In this document: positions 51,109-64,000 of the stretch, one piece after another
How positions within the stretch are numbered: position 1 is the stretch's first letter
Layout of the letters: every line of letters begins with the position of its first letter
Source: Chiloscyllium plagiosum
Lineage: Eukaryota
Length of the DNA stretch: 64,000 nt
Direction of reading: 5' to 3'
NCBI RefSeq assembly: GCF_004010195.1
Contig: NC_057718.1
Span: 77,206,202-77,270,201, forward strand
Translations under genes and position numbers: made by a program
Notes under the pieces: model-generated
Seen by the model: only the letters and a program-made list of their open reading frames with translations
Told to the model about the DNA's origin: nothing
The model's database searches: none

Positions 51109-51302
51109 AAAGCACTGACCGTGTAAATCATCAGCTGCTCAATTCCTCAAGTGAGTATTCCTCACTTTTAATTAATTAAATGCCTACAAGCTGATGTTTG
51201 AGACTGTACCAGGTAAGAGCAGGTAGAACCTAATATATTTGTTTCAATACCAGGGTACCCTTTTGAAGATAAAAGGTACCTTTTGTTCTGATTCTGGGAC
51301 AG

Positions 51303-51412
51303 CTTTGGGGAAGTTAAGCTGTTCTTTGGTGGAGGTAAGCTGCCTTTCGGTAGAGGCAAGATAGCTATTGGTACAGATAAAGTACCCTTTGGGAGAGGTA
51401 AAGTACCCATTG
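51303..51412. repeat. Degenerate ~21-bp minisatellite (about 5 units)
   Basis: CTTTGG..GAGGTAA(G/A)..C units repeat every ~21 nt; the - strand reads GTLPLPK-like heptads. Confidence 0.65.
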
Positions 51413-51694
51413 CAATTATTAAACATAGGCATTTGTGTAAAATGTGCATAAACTTATTATGACTGTCATGTATCAAAGAACCCTAAAAAAACTACAAAGT
51501 TGCCATATGAATGTCCAAGTACACTGCTTTAAAACAAAAACAGTGCTAGGTATTTCAGTGTATCAATTGAAGTAAACCATTATAGTATTTGTCCTGCTTA
51601 AAAGATTTGCCAAGCTATCATTTTTGGAATACGATATCTGTCAAGTGAGGGTTTAGATAGACAGCTCCACTTATAAATAGAATAGAAATATTTT

Positions 51695-52337
51695 TATTCT
51701 CACATGGGACATGGGCATCACTGGCTGCCCTTCAGTTATCGTTGCCCCCAGTTATCCTTGAGAAGGTTGTGGTTAGCTGCCTTCTTGAACTGTGGCAGTC
51801 CATACACTGTAGGTAGACCGATAGTGCCATTAGGGAGGGATTCTAGGATTTTGACCCAATGTCAGTAAAGAAACAGTGATGTATTTTCAAGTCAGGATAG
51901 TGAGTGGCTTGAAGGAGAGCTTGCAGATCGTGGTGTTCTGATGTATCTGTTGCCCTCGTCCTTCAGTGGAAGTGGTTGTGGTTTTGGAAGGTGCTGTCTA
52001 TACAGGTCTACTTCTTACAGGTAGCACACATTGCTGCTACTGAGTGTAGGTGGTGGAAGGAGTCAAAGCTTGTAGATGTGGTACCAATCAAGTGGGCTAC
52101 TTTGTCCAGGATGGTGTCAAGCTTCATGAGTGCTGTTGGAGCATTCATCCAGGCAAGTGGGGAGTATTTCATCACACTGACCTATACCTGTAGCTTCTGG
52201 GCAGGTTTGGAGAGTTAGGAGGTGAGAGCTACTTGCTGCGGTATTCATAGCCTCTGATCTGCTCTTGTAACCACTGTATTTATATGGTGAATCTACTTGT
52301 GTTTCTGGTCAGTGTTAACCCCCAAGATGTTGATGGG
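51695..52337 (-). mobile_element. 3' fragment of the LINE family seen at 14345-16105
   Basis: Reverse complement matches ~15450-16100 (e.g. GTGATGAAATACTCCCCACTTG, AAGCTTGACACCATCC). Confidence 0.75.
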
Positions 52338-52344
52338 ATTCAGT

Positions 52345-52512
52345 GATGGTAATTCACATCCAAATCATTTAAATGAATGACGAAAAACAGTGGACCCAAC
52401 ACCGATCCTTGTGGCACACCACTGGTCATCAGCTTCCAGTCTGAAAAGCAACCTTCTACCACCACCCTCTGTCTCCTACCTTCGACCCAATTTTGTATCC
52501 ACTTGGCTAGCT
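52345..52512 (-). mobile_element. CR1 RT fragment
   Basis: [29 protein letters not shown]. Confidence 0.75.
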
Positions 52513-54229
52513 CCCCTGCATCCTCTGGACAATTTTCATAAAAGATTTGTTGAAGAAATTTCAATATATTGTATCAGTGCAAGTGTTTTTTTAAATAGTG
52601 ATATCATCAATAGACAAATACACTTGATGCCAAAATAGTTTGGAAGGCAAATGGCGAGGATAATACAAAGAAGTCTGTTCAGGAATATAGTTAGATTAAG
52701 CAAATGGGCATAAAATTGACAGATCCATCAGTCTACTCTCGATCACCAGTAAAGTGATAGAAGGTGTCACCAACAATGCTATCAAGCAACACTTGCTTAG
52801 GAGCAACCTGCTTACTGACACCCAGTTTGGTTTCCACCAGGGTCACTCAAATCCTGACCTCATTACAACCTTGGTTCAAACTTGGACAGATGAAATATAA
52901 TGTGAAGTTGTGCACTTTGACAGGAAGAACAGAGTTGCTGAAAAGTTGCTGAATGTTACTTAAGTGGGGAAAGACTGCATGAAAGCTACAATGCAGTGTG
53001 AATTTGAAGTCCATGCACATAAATCACAAAAAAACAAGCATGCAGGTTCAAGTATTAGGGAAGGCAATAGAACTTTTGTCTTTATTTCAAAGGGAATGAA
53101 GTATAAAAATAGGGAAGTCAACCTTAATTCTGAAGGTTATTGATGCACTGTCAGGCAGTGATAGTTGCTTAGTGGACCTGTCCCCTTGACCATCCCATGT
53201 ACAGGACTTTACCCTGTGGTATTTGGAAGAAGGTTTTAATCACAGGTTCTTAGAATGTTAGAGTTTGATTGAGCAGGACTGAGCTAGTGAGGATTGGCTA
53301 TGCATCCACTCTAATTTTCTAATTAGTTTCCAATTTTAGGAGTTGTTCTAGATTAATTTCAATATTCCAGTTCCTTATGACTTTCCAAACTACATGAATA
53401 TTTGTTTCCTTTAATACTGAATCTGCCATTTGAACACTGCTTGATCACAGTATGTACTACCATGTCCAAAACATCATCAGGAGATGGCTCTTTAATTGAA
53501 GTTACAGTCTCCTTTCTATTTCAAATCAATTGTCCCAATGCTGAATCTACTAATGGGACTTGAGAAGTTCAGTGCTTCCTGCTTGATGCTGCTTTGAATT
53601 TTGACTTTATGGCAGAAGTAACCCTATATTCTTATCAAATGCCTCCTTTTCCCAGATTTGCAAATCAACTGTTTGTTTCAAAGTTGAGTTGACTGGCAAG
53701 ATTATAAAGGCCCTAGAAATTCTTCTTTAAGGTTTAAGAAAGGGTGTTGGATACGTCAGCCACTGGCACAATCCCTGGTCTTATTGGCAATAAGAATGAA
53801 TCATTAGAAAACCAAGATTTTTTACACTAAATCAAAATATTATTGAAGGTAGAAATCTGGAATAAATACAGAAAATTCCAGGTTTTTCAGCATTTGTGGA
53901 GAAACAAATAGAATTAATGGTTCAGGTCAGTAACCTATCATCAGACTTGAAAAAGGCCTTATTTTATATCCTTTCTTTTTACTTCACCCATTTATGACAC
54001 TGCAAAAAATTTAAGGGAGAAGTTGGCTTATTCAATTCAACATGCTACCACTTTTAGTACATCAGCACTTTCAGGTCATTGTATCAATCCATATCTTTTA
54101 AATTTACTTAGCCACTATCCACATATTAAATTCTTGATTCGTGCATGAAAATTATATTGTAAGATGTCAATAAATGATCTTTTCTCATTTCATGAGAAAC
54201 ATGTTAATAATCTCCTCCAATTATTTTAG

Positions 54230-54333
54230 GTGTTCAGTCTTCCAATTCAGGTAGTTCAGAAGATAATTCCTGCATGCATTTACAAACAACAGAGCGTGTT
54301 TCCAGGTCCCAAAATAATACTCCTAAACGACAG
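54230..54333 (+). CDS. Probable exon of the CENPJ-like gene (phase 1 to 0)
   Basis: ttattttag|G...CAG|gtaact; open xVQSSNSGSSEDNSCMHLQTTERVSRSQNNTPKRQ; unique sequence in repeat-poor context; the upstream phase partner is not resolved. Confidence 0.6.
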
Positions 54334-55071
54334 GTAACTGAAAATATCAAAGAATTAAAGATGCACTGTACATAAGTAGTTTTATAGGATTTAAAATGTA
54401 AGAATTAAAATATTTATTAAAAATAACATTTGTTCTGTTCGTATTATTGTGTTGCTGCATACAATGTTTATTCTGAATTTGAGGAAAACCATCAATTTGG
54501 TTTCTCTTAAGAGTAAGCTTTTCTAAATTTAAACAATGGACGGTCATTAAGTATATCTGTGTTTTGATGATACGAAAAGTATGAAAAATGGTCAGTGGGG
54601 GTTAGTGTTGGTACCTCATGTAAAAATCACCAGTTCACAAACTACAAACTCACTTGGCAAATCCGTGTGGATGCTGACGGTTGTCATTGGCCTAATGGGA
54701 AGTGCAGAGTGAAAGACACAGTGGTTTGTAAACCAACAACATTGAAGGAATTGCAGTACAGTTCCAAGTCAGAGCATTGTATGACTTGGAGGGGTGATGC
54801 AATTTGCAAAGAAACGGATAACTTTTAATAAGAATTTTGAACTTGCACTTATTAGTTGGAAGGATAACACAATGAGATTTCATGTTAAGACTTTTCCACT
54901 ACCAAACAGACTAAAAGCACAATTGACTATGTTTGTGTTTTTGTAGACTATTTATATTTTAACTTACAGAACAGAACTTTCCCCTTTGACTTTTAATGCA
55001 GTCAAAAAATCTCTTTACAGGTATGTGTTACATTATTCTTTAATTAGACATCAAATTCTCCTGAAACCCAT

Positions 55072-56990
55072 TGTGATGATGCTATGACTTTAAGAGTTGT
55101 ATTTTGTCCTTTTTTTCAGGAAGACAGGTTAAGCAGTCTGTTCCCAGCCACTAAAGTAAACAGCTTGTGAGGCCTTGGTTTTTTTAAATTAAAGTTGGAA
55201 CAATAGAAGCAGCATAAAGGAGTGGGGTCAAGCTCCCACAGAACCAGGATTTTAGTTTAATGTTTAGTCATTGCTGGGGTCTTGAAGCTGGATGTGGAAG
55301 CTGTTATTCCTCTCGCTGTGATAACTAAATGCTGGAGTTCTTCCTGTTGCTAGAATTGAAGTGAGACCATTTATTTTACTGAATTTGCCTTTGCCAAGGC
55401 TGTATTTATGGGATAAAATCAACGAGGTAAAAATTTATGGGATGTTACTATATTGGAACAGTTGGTGTTTAACAGTTAAATAATCTATTATTTTATTAAG
55501 CTTTCCAATAGAGTTAAATTATGCCAATTCCTCTTTCTTTAGATTGTATTTTAACTATAGTATATGAATAAAGTGCACTTTGCTTCAAGCCTGGTAGTTT
55601 AACAAATCAAATTGCATATGGAACACAATGTCTTACACTTGCCTTTAAAATTAAGAAAAAGTCAGGGTCTAGGCTATCATCTTAATATATTTTAAGAGGC
55701 TTTAGTCTGATCCATAACAGATTGAGGGCTTTTGTCAGGATGTAAATCTAATTCCAGTTTGGGTTTCGGATTATTGAACTCAAAGACAGTGAGTGGTGAC
55801 TTTTTGGTGTCCTCTTTTTGGAAAATAAATTTGCTTGCTTTAAATAGCATGGACCTTGTATACTAATGGCTCTTTCAGTCATGAAGAGTTTTCTGGAATA
55901 AGAATAAGTCACCGGGAATTTTACAAGAAGTGATCAAGGCAACACATTTGGAATTGGCAGATTAATTGGAGTTGAGATTACCTTTGACTGTATGAAAAAG
56001 AGAGGTAAACACAGCAATAGCTCAACATCTACAATTGCCGGAAATACCATCGGAATTTATGGAAATACCTAAAATTCAATTGCAAATGTAGCAGGCTGAC
56101 TATGAAAAGGAAAAGAAACAATTTGACATGCAATTAAAAACAAAAGAAAAGGTGGAAGAGAAAGGTTTTGAATGTCAGAGATTGTAATTGAAAACTCAAA
56201 GACAACTTAAAATAGTGGAGGTAGAGGTAAAAGTGGGAGTAATGCTGAGGACAGTGATGGAAAGCAATCCCATCGTAGCCAGGCCTTGGCGGGGATCTGT
56301 TTAAATGTCCAAGCATTGCCCAAGTTTGACAAGAAGGACACGGAAGCCTTTTTCATTTCATTTCATTTGATAAAGTAGCTAAACAAATGAAATGGCCAGT
56401 AACCATGTGGATATTGTAGATCCAAACAAAGTTGGTACATTGAGCAAGTGATGTATCACTATCAGAGAAGGTGACTGGAGAGTATGATAAGGTGAAAAAA
56501 AATCTTAAGTGCAGATCAATTAGCACCAGAGGTCTCCGGGTAACGTTTTAGGAATCTAAAGGAGGGAACCTGGTCAGGCGTACATAAAGGTTGAAAGGAT
56601 CAAACAGAGCAACTTTGATAGGTGAATAAAAGCATTGAAAATAGATCAAACATATTACATTCTCAGAAAGATGATTATTTTGGAGGAATTCAAACATTCA
56701 CTTCCTGAACTGGTGAGAACGCAGGTGGAAGAACAGAGAGTTAAGATTGTAAGATTAACAGCGGAAATGGTAAATTATTATGAATTGGTTCAGAAATCAA
56801 AGTTTGGCTTCTGACATCAATTTCAGTTTGTGAGGGATAGAAACTGGGGAAATAAGAAATCAATAGGTGGTCAGAGAAAAGGAGCTCCCATTAAAGATAA
56901 GAAAGATACTTTACCACAGGGTAAAAAGAAAACGCAAGAGGAGGAAAGAAAAGTTAAAAAGTTCAGTTATTTCCATTGTAATAAAATTGT
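55072..56990 (+). mobile_element. Gypsy (Gmr1-like) 5' LTR (55072-55719) plus degenerate SCAN-type gag, 3' truncated
   Basis: TG..CATAACA LTR, PBS-like sequence after 55719, ATG at 55866; LPKFDKKDTEAFF, KVAKQMKWP, RFRNL, IILEEFKHSLPELVRTQVEEQ. Confidence 0.8.
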
Positions 56991-57603
56991 TATTCCAATT
57001 CTTCTTTGTAATGGTGACTGTATATCCTCTTGAAAATGGTGGATGGGAACAAATTCTGCCCCATTGGCAGTTTTCACAGTGTAAGATGTACACAGCGACC
57101 CCACACCCTGTGCTCCTAACTTGGCTGACTAGTCATCTCATAAGGTCCTGCAAATTTTGGATAGTCAGGCCATCCTCTCCGTAACTTGTGTATTGGTGGA
57201 ATCATGAATGATAGTCTGGATTCATGAACTTTCTGAAGTTAAAAATGTCTAACCTATGCTCCTTTCTGCCACACCCATTAAGGCTATTAAATAGCCATTG
57301 TAAAACATGAATTTACCCAAGATAAATGCCAAATCACTCTCTACATCTGATAGCGTTCTTGTGAAGATAGATCGATGATGGCCATGTCGGGCCACCCAGT
57401 TTTACACTGAAGGGAGGGCATTTACAAAATTCCACACAGCACTAAAATGGTAACAGAATTGTAGAGGAGATGCTTTCTGTCCAAACTCTGAACTTCATGT
57501 CACCACTCCACATCCTCCACTCCATCTCACACTGGTAGCTAGTACTGGCTCTTTAAAGGTTGTAATGTCATGGACCTGTTCCAATCAGTTCCTGCTATTA
57601 CCT

Positions 57604-58630
57604 ATTAGTGAATTCCATCAAATGGAGACTTAGTACTCGAGTATTGATTAGATGCAATTTTTTTTGGACCTACATTCACTCACTTCTACTGCAGATGTGA
57701 AAAGTGGTAACTGGGAATATAAGGATGTCTCAAGATGGAAGACTAAGGGTGCCTATGTTCTCCGATCTGGCAGCAGAGGCCCTGTTAGAGAAGATAGGGA
57801 GGGAAAGAGTTTTTTTTCTCATGAGACTATGATTTAAAAATATGTATAAGCAGGCCTATTTTTCTGAGTCAAAAACAGAAATTGCTGGAAATTCTCAGCA
57901 GGTCTGATATCATCTGTGGAGAGAAATCAGAGTTAACATTTCGGGTTCAATTGCCATCAAGACAAAGACTGGTACTGCAGATCATGAACCGTTGATGGCC
58001 CATCCTAGAGGATAAGTGGAAAGGTTTTAAAACATCTTCATGTCAGATGGGTGTAACTTCTAATTCTAATGTATAGAGGATTTCCTTCAAGAAGATTGTT
58101 TCTATAACAGATTATATCAAAATAGTTAGCATTTCAGAACCATTAGGAACTACCTGGGTTATTGATTGCCTGACTGACATTAATCTTGGAAATGCTTCCA
58201 GAAGTTTTTTGCCATGTCCAATTACCTATTTATAGCAGCCATCTTTATTGGCCTGTTTTAATGTCATATATAAGGAATTCACTTTTATTAATTTGTGACA
58301 GGGTAATGTTTAAGTCATGATGTAGGTGATAGTAGTGATGTAGTTATCGAGAAGCATTTTTATGAGATCCAGTAATTTAGATGCCTCTGTGCTCTCCTTG
58401 TCTTTTTTCTGGAGGTAGAAAAAAACTCTTTCCCTCTCTATCTTCTCTAACAGGGCCTCTGCTGCCAGATCAGAGAACATAGGCACCTTTAATCTTCTAC
58501 CTTGAGACATCCTTATATTCCCAGTTACCACAGTTCACATCTGCAGCAGAAGTGAGTGAATGTAGGTCCAAGAAAATTGCATCTAATCAATACTCGAGTG
58601 CTAAGTCTCCATTTGATGGAATTCACTAAT
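57604..58630. repeat. ~215-bp inverted duplication (57604-57819 and 58417-58630) containing a Myb/SANT-like Harbinger ORF start
   Basis: The arms are close reverse complements; they encode MSQGRRLKVPMFSDLAAEALLEKIERERVFF, similar to the PxFSDxxLExLLxxV start of Harbinger Myb/SANT proteins. Confidence 0.85.
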
Positions 58631-58759
58631 GATAACACCATTGAATGCCATGAGGCATTGGTTGGATTGTCTCTCATAGGAAACAGTTCTTAACCAGCAT
58701 TTATGTGCTGTAAATGTTACTTGTTGCTTTTCAGTCCAAACCTGGATATTGTTCAGGCA

Positions 58760-59760
58760 GTTTGTATGGTATCTAATAAAAAATTATCTGATCTAGATGG
58801 CCATTGTCCTGCAAAATGGCTTTAATGCATCCTATTTCAGCAACAAGCTTGCTTGGTGAACAAACAACTCAGGCCCTACTTCACCGTTGAGGTTGTTGAT
58901 AAGACTGATCTTATAGTGAGCAGAACTGTAGAAATCCTATAACATATAATGACCAATGAAGGTGTGTTTGTGGTAGAAAGTAGTAGAGAACATCTGACCA
59001 ATTTCTCAACTAAGATATCCTGATTACTCCATTTCAAAGGTGAATTAATTGCAATGTATTAAGATTTGTAAGGAAATTTGTATATTTAACTGCGGATTCA
59101 AATATAGCGAACACATAATCAACATCTCAGAAATACACACGGTAGAGGATTAAGTGGCACTGCATGTGTTTGTCATGGAACGCAGCAAAGATATTTACAA
59201 GAGTTTGGTCCAGTTGGGATCCCATCATCCCAATACCATCTATTTGAACACATATGGTGTCATTAAAACTGAATTCAGTTGTTCAAGTTGTTGCGTTTGT
59301 AAGTTCAGTGAATATTGATTCTCACAATAGTGATGGTTTTAGATTACCATGACCGAGTCCTGCAGTGCAATTGTCTATGACATCCCTTGAGTGATATATT
59401 GGTGACTAGGTTAGCAATGTGAAGTAAGTACATGGATGCTGATTACCATCAATATGTAAGACATGTATGGTCTTTGCAAATGTGGAAGAACTTTTCACTA
59501 TGAATGTGGAGCTGCAAAAATCTGATTGTAACAATTCACCCAAACATTTGGCCAGTTCATGTTGCGCAGAACTAGTTATAAGTTAGCTAGAGCATTGAGG
59601 AGCATTACTTTTGTGTGTTTCAGGCAGCGCATACGTACAAGGACCAATGAGTTGGTCAATGAACAATGAGTTTCAGTCGTCATTAGCTGGTGGACTCTTC
59701 ATGGTATTGTCTTTTTCAATCAGATATGCTGACCAACCATTGGCTACTCACCTGTCACAC
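58760..59760 (-). mobile_element. Old Penelope-like RT relic (second family)
   Basis: - strand YALPETHK..SSAQHELAKCLGELLQ..IANLVTNI, EFSFNDT..QIDGIG, and YF*DVDYVFAIF (YVDD-like). Confidence 0.7.
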
Positions 59761-60897
59761 AGTATAAATGTTATTTTCCCTTTAATTCAATATCAATATT
59801 ATTCTGTCAAGCTAAGTCATTGGGTAACTGCCTCAACTTGGGATACTTTAAATAAGAATCTTTACAAAGTGGCCACATGTTTGTTAAATTTTCTTCCCGA
59901 TTGAATTTGAAGCTGTCAAAGGTTGGATTTTTATACAGTACTTACTTCAATTATATTTTTAGTTTTATTTTTTAGACATGGGCTTTTGTTAATCAATTAG
60001 CACTCTGAGCAGAAAAGTTGTTCATGGAGATTAGTGTCCATTCCATCTATTAAGCTTGCTATGTGCATAGTTGACACATGAAATCTATGCAAAGCTTTGC
60101 ATTAGAAGCATTAATTCATAACTTCTATCAGATATTCTCAGCTTGCTAAAAGCCTATTCCCTGTTTCCACCTTCGCTTCACTCCTATTACCCATCTACAA
60201 AGTTACCTAGGATACTTCTCTATTTTTTGACAGAATCTAAACACAGAAACTTTTTAACTCATTTTTTATTTTAGCCTAAGTTCCAATTTTTCTCTCTTTT
60301 AGTTTAATTTTTTCACTTCATTCTCCTGGTTTTTCTCAGTTTAAATCCAAGCTTCTGAATAAGCTGTAATATGTCCTCATAAGAGAAGAAAACAGAAAAC
60401 AATAAATTATTTTAAATTCAACATGCTCTGAATCACAAAGCAATTAATATTCTGTTTTTAAGTCATCCTCTCTTTTTTATGTCTACGTCTGGCTGTTGAA
60501 TTTCTTGTCTTTTTATAAAATTCAAATTTATTTGTCTTAAAAACAGCCACAGTCATATTTTTGCTGATGTGGTAGGAGATCAACTTGGGGAATTTCCCAA
60601 TATGACAGACCCACTTCAATTTAAAGGTTGTGTAATGCATCCTTATTTGGGGGCAGGGGAGAGTTGGAACTACAGTAGGTGGCACACAAGCGCACATGTC
60701 AAGTTGGCTGTCTAGAATATTGTCTGACAATTAGATGCTCTAGCTCTCACACATTTTCACCTTTCCCACCTACTCTCTATAATCACTTTAATTCACCTCA
60801 TACATTTTCATCTTTTCCTACTCGCTGTCCATCTAAATACCCCCTAGCCATCCAATGCTACATTCAAGCCCTGTGGCCTCAACATATACTTCATGAT

Positions 60898-61230
60898 GGC
60901 GGCATGGTTAGCACTGCTGCCTCATAGCACCAGGGACCAGGTTCAATTCCAGCCTTGGGCGATTGTCTGTGTGGAGTTTGCACATTCTCCTCGTGTCTAC
61001 ATGGATTTCCTCCGGGTGCTCAAGTTTCCTCCCACAATCCAAAGATGTACAGGTTAGGTGAATTAACCAAGCTAAAATTGCCTATAGTGTTCAGGGATGT
61101 GTGGGTTATGTGCATTAGTCAGATGTAAATGTAGGGTAATGGTTCTGGCTGGGTTACTCTTCAGAGGGATTGTGCAGATTTGTTGGGCTGAATGGCCTGT
61201 TTCCACACTGTAGGGATTCTATGAATTCTA
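60898..61230 (+). mobile_element. HE1-type SINE
   Basis: GGCGGCATGGTTAGCACTGCTGCC head, GGTTCAATTCC, (ATTCTATG)n tail. Confidence 0.87.
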
Positions 61231-61318
61231 TGTCTCCTTCTATTTACCCTCCTCCCCTCCCTAATCTCCTCTCCCATTGTTGTATTAATTGTACTTCCAT
61301 GCCTATTTACCAGATATC

Positions 61319-63990
61319 TGTTATGACACAGCAGCAAACCCTTCTGCTAATTAAACCAAACACATAGAAATTGTAATTGTTTTTTTATAGATATTTTTAT
61401 TAGAAATTTAACATTTTTACAAGTTTACAAAAATAAATAAAACTCTCAAGTACAAACATTGATATACAATTAAATATTAAATATATAATAACCAAAATTT
61501 AACAAAAGAAAAATACCGAGAAAGAAAAAAAACAAAACTCAACTAACTACTAATCTAACCTACAACTAACAAGAGTGTATATTTAAGTCTCTTACATTAT
61601 TCAAATAAGAGAAAGAGAAAAAAAAAACAAAAAAAAACAACGGATAACATAGAAATTGGGTAGTGAGATACATGCTTGGAATGTGTTAACATCAAATGTA
61701 ACAAAACCCGTATTTGTGCAGGATTCCTCTCCCAAGGGGCCCCGGACCAGCCAGGTTCGTAATCTCAATTAAATAAAAGCCCTTGTTAGGATAGCCTAAA
61801 TATCTGTATTCATATAATTCAAGAAGGGCTGCCATATTTTGTAAAATAATTCGTCTTTCGGTGCACCATATTTGTAAGGAAGTCAAGGGGAATACATTCC
61901 ATAATTAATCTGTGCCAATTTGAAAGTCCAGGGGGACCCTCAGCCACCCAGTTTACCAAAATATTTTTCCTTGCACAGAAAGAGAGAATAGAAAATAGTC
62001 TCTTCCCGTGCATATCCAGGGAGGGAAAGTTCGAAAAGCCCAAAAGGAGAGATATAGGGTCCACTTTAATTTCCGTTCCTAAAATTTCTGTCAGGGTACT
62101 TGCTACTTTAGTCCAGTATCTACGGATCTTATGACAGGTCCATAGGCAATGTTCAAGAGTGCCCACCTCTATTTTACATTTGGGACAGATTGGAGATACT
62201 CCTGCCTTAAATTTTGCCAATTGATCCGGTGCTATATGGGCCCTATGAAATATCTTCAGCTGGATAGCCTGAGTTCTGTTACAGATGGTAATTTTCTGGC
62301 GTTTTCCCAAATGTCATTCCACGTTTCTATAGAGATTTCTAGTCCCAAATCCTGATCCCATGTTTTAAGCAGATTGTCCATATCTCCCGATACTTCATCA
62401 TGTTAGTAAATGATAAATAGTACTGATGGAGGATACTCCCATTGGTCGTAGTACTCTACATTCTCTATCTGATTTATAAAGACTGTCTAATAACGTAGTC
62501 TTCTTCTGTATATAATCTCGAATTGGAAGTATCGATAGAGGTCTCCATTAGGTAATCCGAATTTCTGATGCAGCTGTTCAAAAGACATCAGGACCCCATC
62601 TTTAAATAGGTCCCCTAGACATGAGATACCCCTGGATCTCCAGAGTTTAAAAGTGGCGTCTGTAAACCCCGGTTGGAATCCCCATGCTCCCACTATCGGC
62701 GCATAGGGGGATGTTTTATGTGAGTTGCCCTCATTTTGCTGCATTATATTCCAAGCTTTAATTGTGTTTAGTATTATAGGGTTTTTACAGTGATCCGTAA
62801 TGATTTTCCTCTTGTCCAAAAATAAAAGGTTAACAAGTGGGCATTTTACTTGAGAAGCCTCGATGTCCAGCCAGATTGATTGTGTATCAGACAAGACCCA
62901 ATCAGCTATTTAATAGGGAACTTAACTGATATTTCCTAAAATCTGGGAAGTCCAATCCTCCCCTTGCCTGTGGCAGCTGTAGCTTCTTCAGCTTAATGAG
63001 GGGCCATCCATGATTCCAGATAAAGGAACCCAGCCAGCCATATAATTTATGTAGTGCCAGCCTCAGCAGCATCACTGGAAGCATTCTCATAGGGTATAGG
63101 AGACGGGGCAGGACATTCATTTTAATTAGTGCTATTCTACCCAGCCAGGAAATTGGAAGGTCTCCCCATCGCTGGAGGTCCTGCCTTATCCTCTCCAGTA
63201 AATGCACAAAGTTAGCCTTGTATAACTGACCAAATACTGGGGTAATAAAAATGCCTAAATATAAGAAACCCTCCAGGGACCAATGAAAGGGAAAATGGGA
63301 TCTGTCCACTAAGTGGGGTATCATAGCAAGGCCACCCATTGGCATAGCCTCCGATTTTACCTCGTAATTGTTTGAAGTATGAGTGATAGAAAACTACCCA
63401 AATTCTACTATTTAACAAAAAATATCAATATATTCCTTAACTCTAAAAGTGAACATTAAACAACAATTATTTACAACTCTATGCCTCCTTTTTCTTCAAG
63501 GTTTGTTATCTACATCCTACTCTATAACAATATCCTGATCCAATAAAAGCCCCTATTAAATTTACAGAAACCTAATGTTCAAAACTAGACAGCAGCTGTC
63601 ATCTCCAGTGTCAGTCTTCCTCTGTAGATCTTCCTGGATCGTCTTTGGTCTTCTGCTGCAAAGATGTTTCATATGGAAAAGGTACCTTTGACAGAGAGTG
63701 TGGTGAATAGCAGTCTTTCAATGGCAGTTGGTGCTCTTCATTAATTTGATGTTGTCAAAACAGTAAAATTCAAATTTGATTGGGTTTTAGTTTCTTGGGG
63801 CATAATTTAAACTGATTGGTTAAATTCAAACTGCTGTGAAAATAACTTGAGGTATCTAGGTTACAGCCAAGTGTTACATCTTTCAATTTTCCAGCACACT
63901 GTGTGACTGCTAGTCGGTCACATGACAGGTGCTTGCCAGCTTTCAACTTTCACTCTCTCTTAAAGGTACAGTGCACACCTTCAACTACAT
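61319..63990 (-). mobile_element. Solo LTR (61319-61382 plus 63364-~63990) split by an L1 insertion
   Basis: - strand end TGTGTCATAACA at 61319 and start region GTGCACTGTACCTTTAAGAGAG; homologous to 21778-22485. Confidence 0.75.
61383..63363 (-). mobile_element. 5'-truncated L1 (~2 kb), same family as 25475-31346
   Basis: Highly similar to 25475-27430; TSD GTAATTGTTT at 61373-61382 and 63364-63373. Confidence 0.93.
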
Positions 63991-64000
63991 TACATATCCA

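Overview
Eukaryotic, AT-rich, transposon-dense vertebrate DNA. The HE1-type SINEs and HER1/CR1 LINEs point to a shark (inference from repeat families). No prokaryotic features, CRISPR arrays or tRNA/rRNA genes are evident. The only host gene is on the + strand: about 5-7 small internal exons (21005-21167, 23067-23270, 25266-25394, probably 43538-43574, 44912-45064, 49796-49858, 54230-54333) of a CENPJ/CPAP (SAS-4)-like gene. Its start and end lie outside the window, and two exons share a QRSRSxTPTG motif. The introns hold nested mobile DNA: a full-length but disrupted L1 with TSD, a near-full CR1, two Tx1-clade inserts (one 5'-inverted), Gypsy elements and solo LTRs (including Gmr1-like SCAN-gag relics), a decayed Copia element, a Harbinger transposase relic, Penelope-like elements and several SINEs. 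The most interesting signals are (i) TSD-flanked ~180-210 bp fold-back Penelope-derived mini-elements carrying minimal hammerhead ribozyme motifs, one with an intact core on the host sense strand, (ii) the repeated-motif CENPJ-like exons, (iii) a Copia relic in a vertebrate and (iv) several long inverted duplications. All family assignments come from recognising motifs by eye; no database searches were run.
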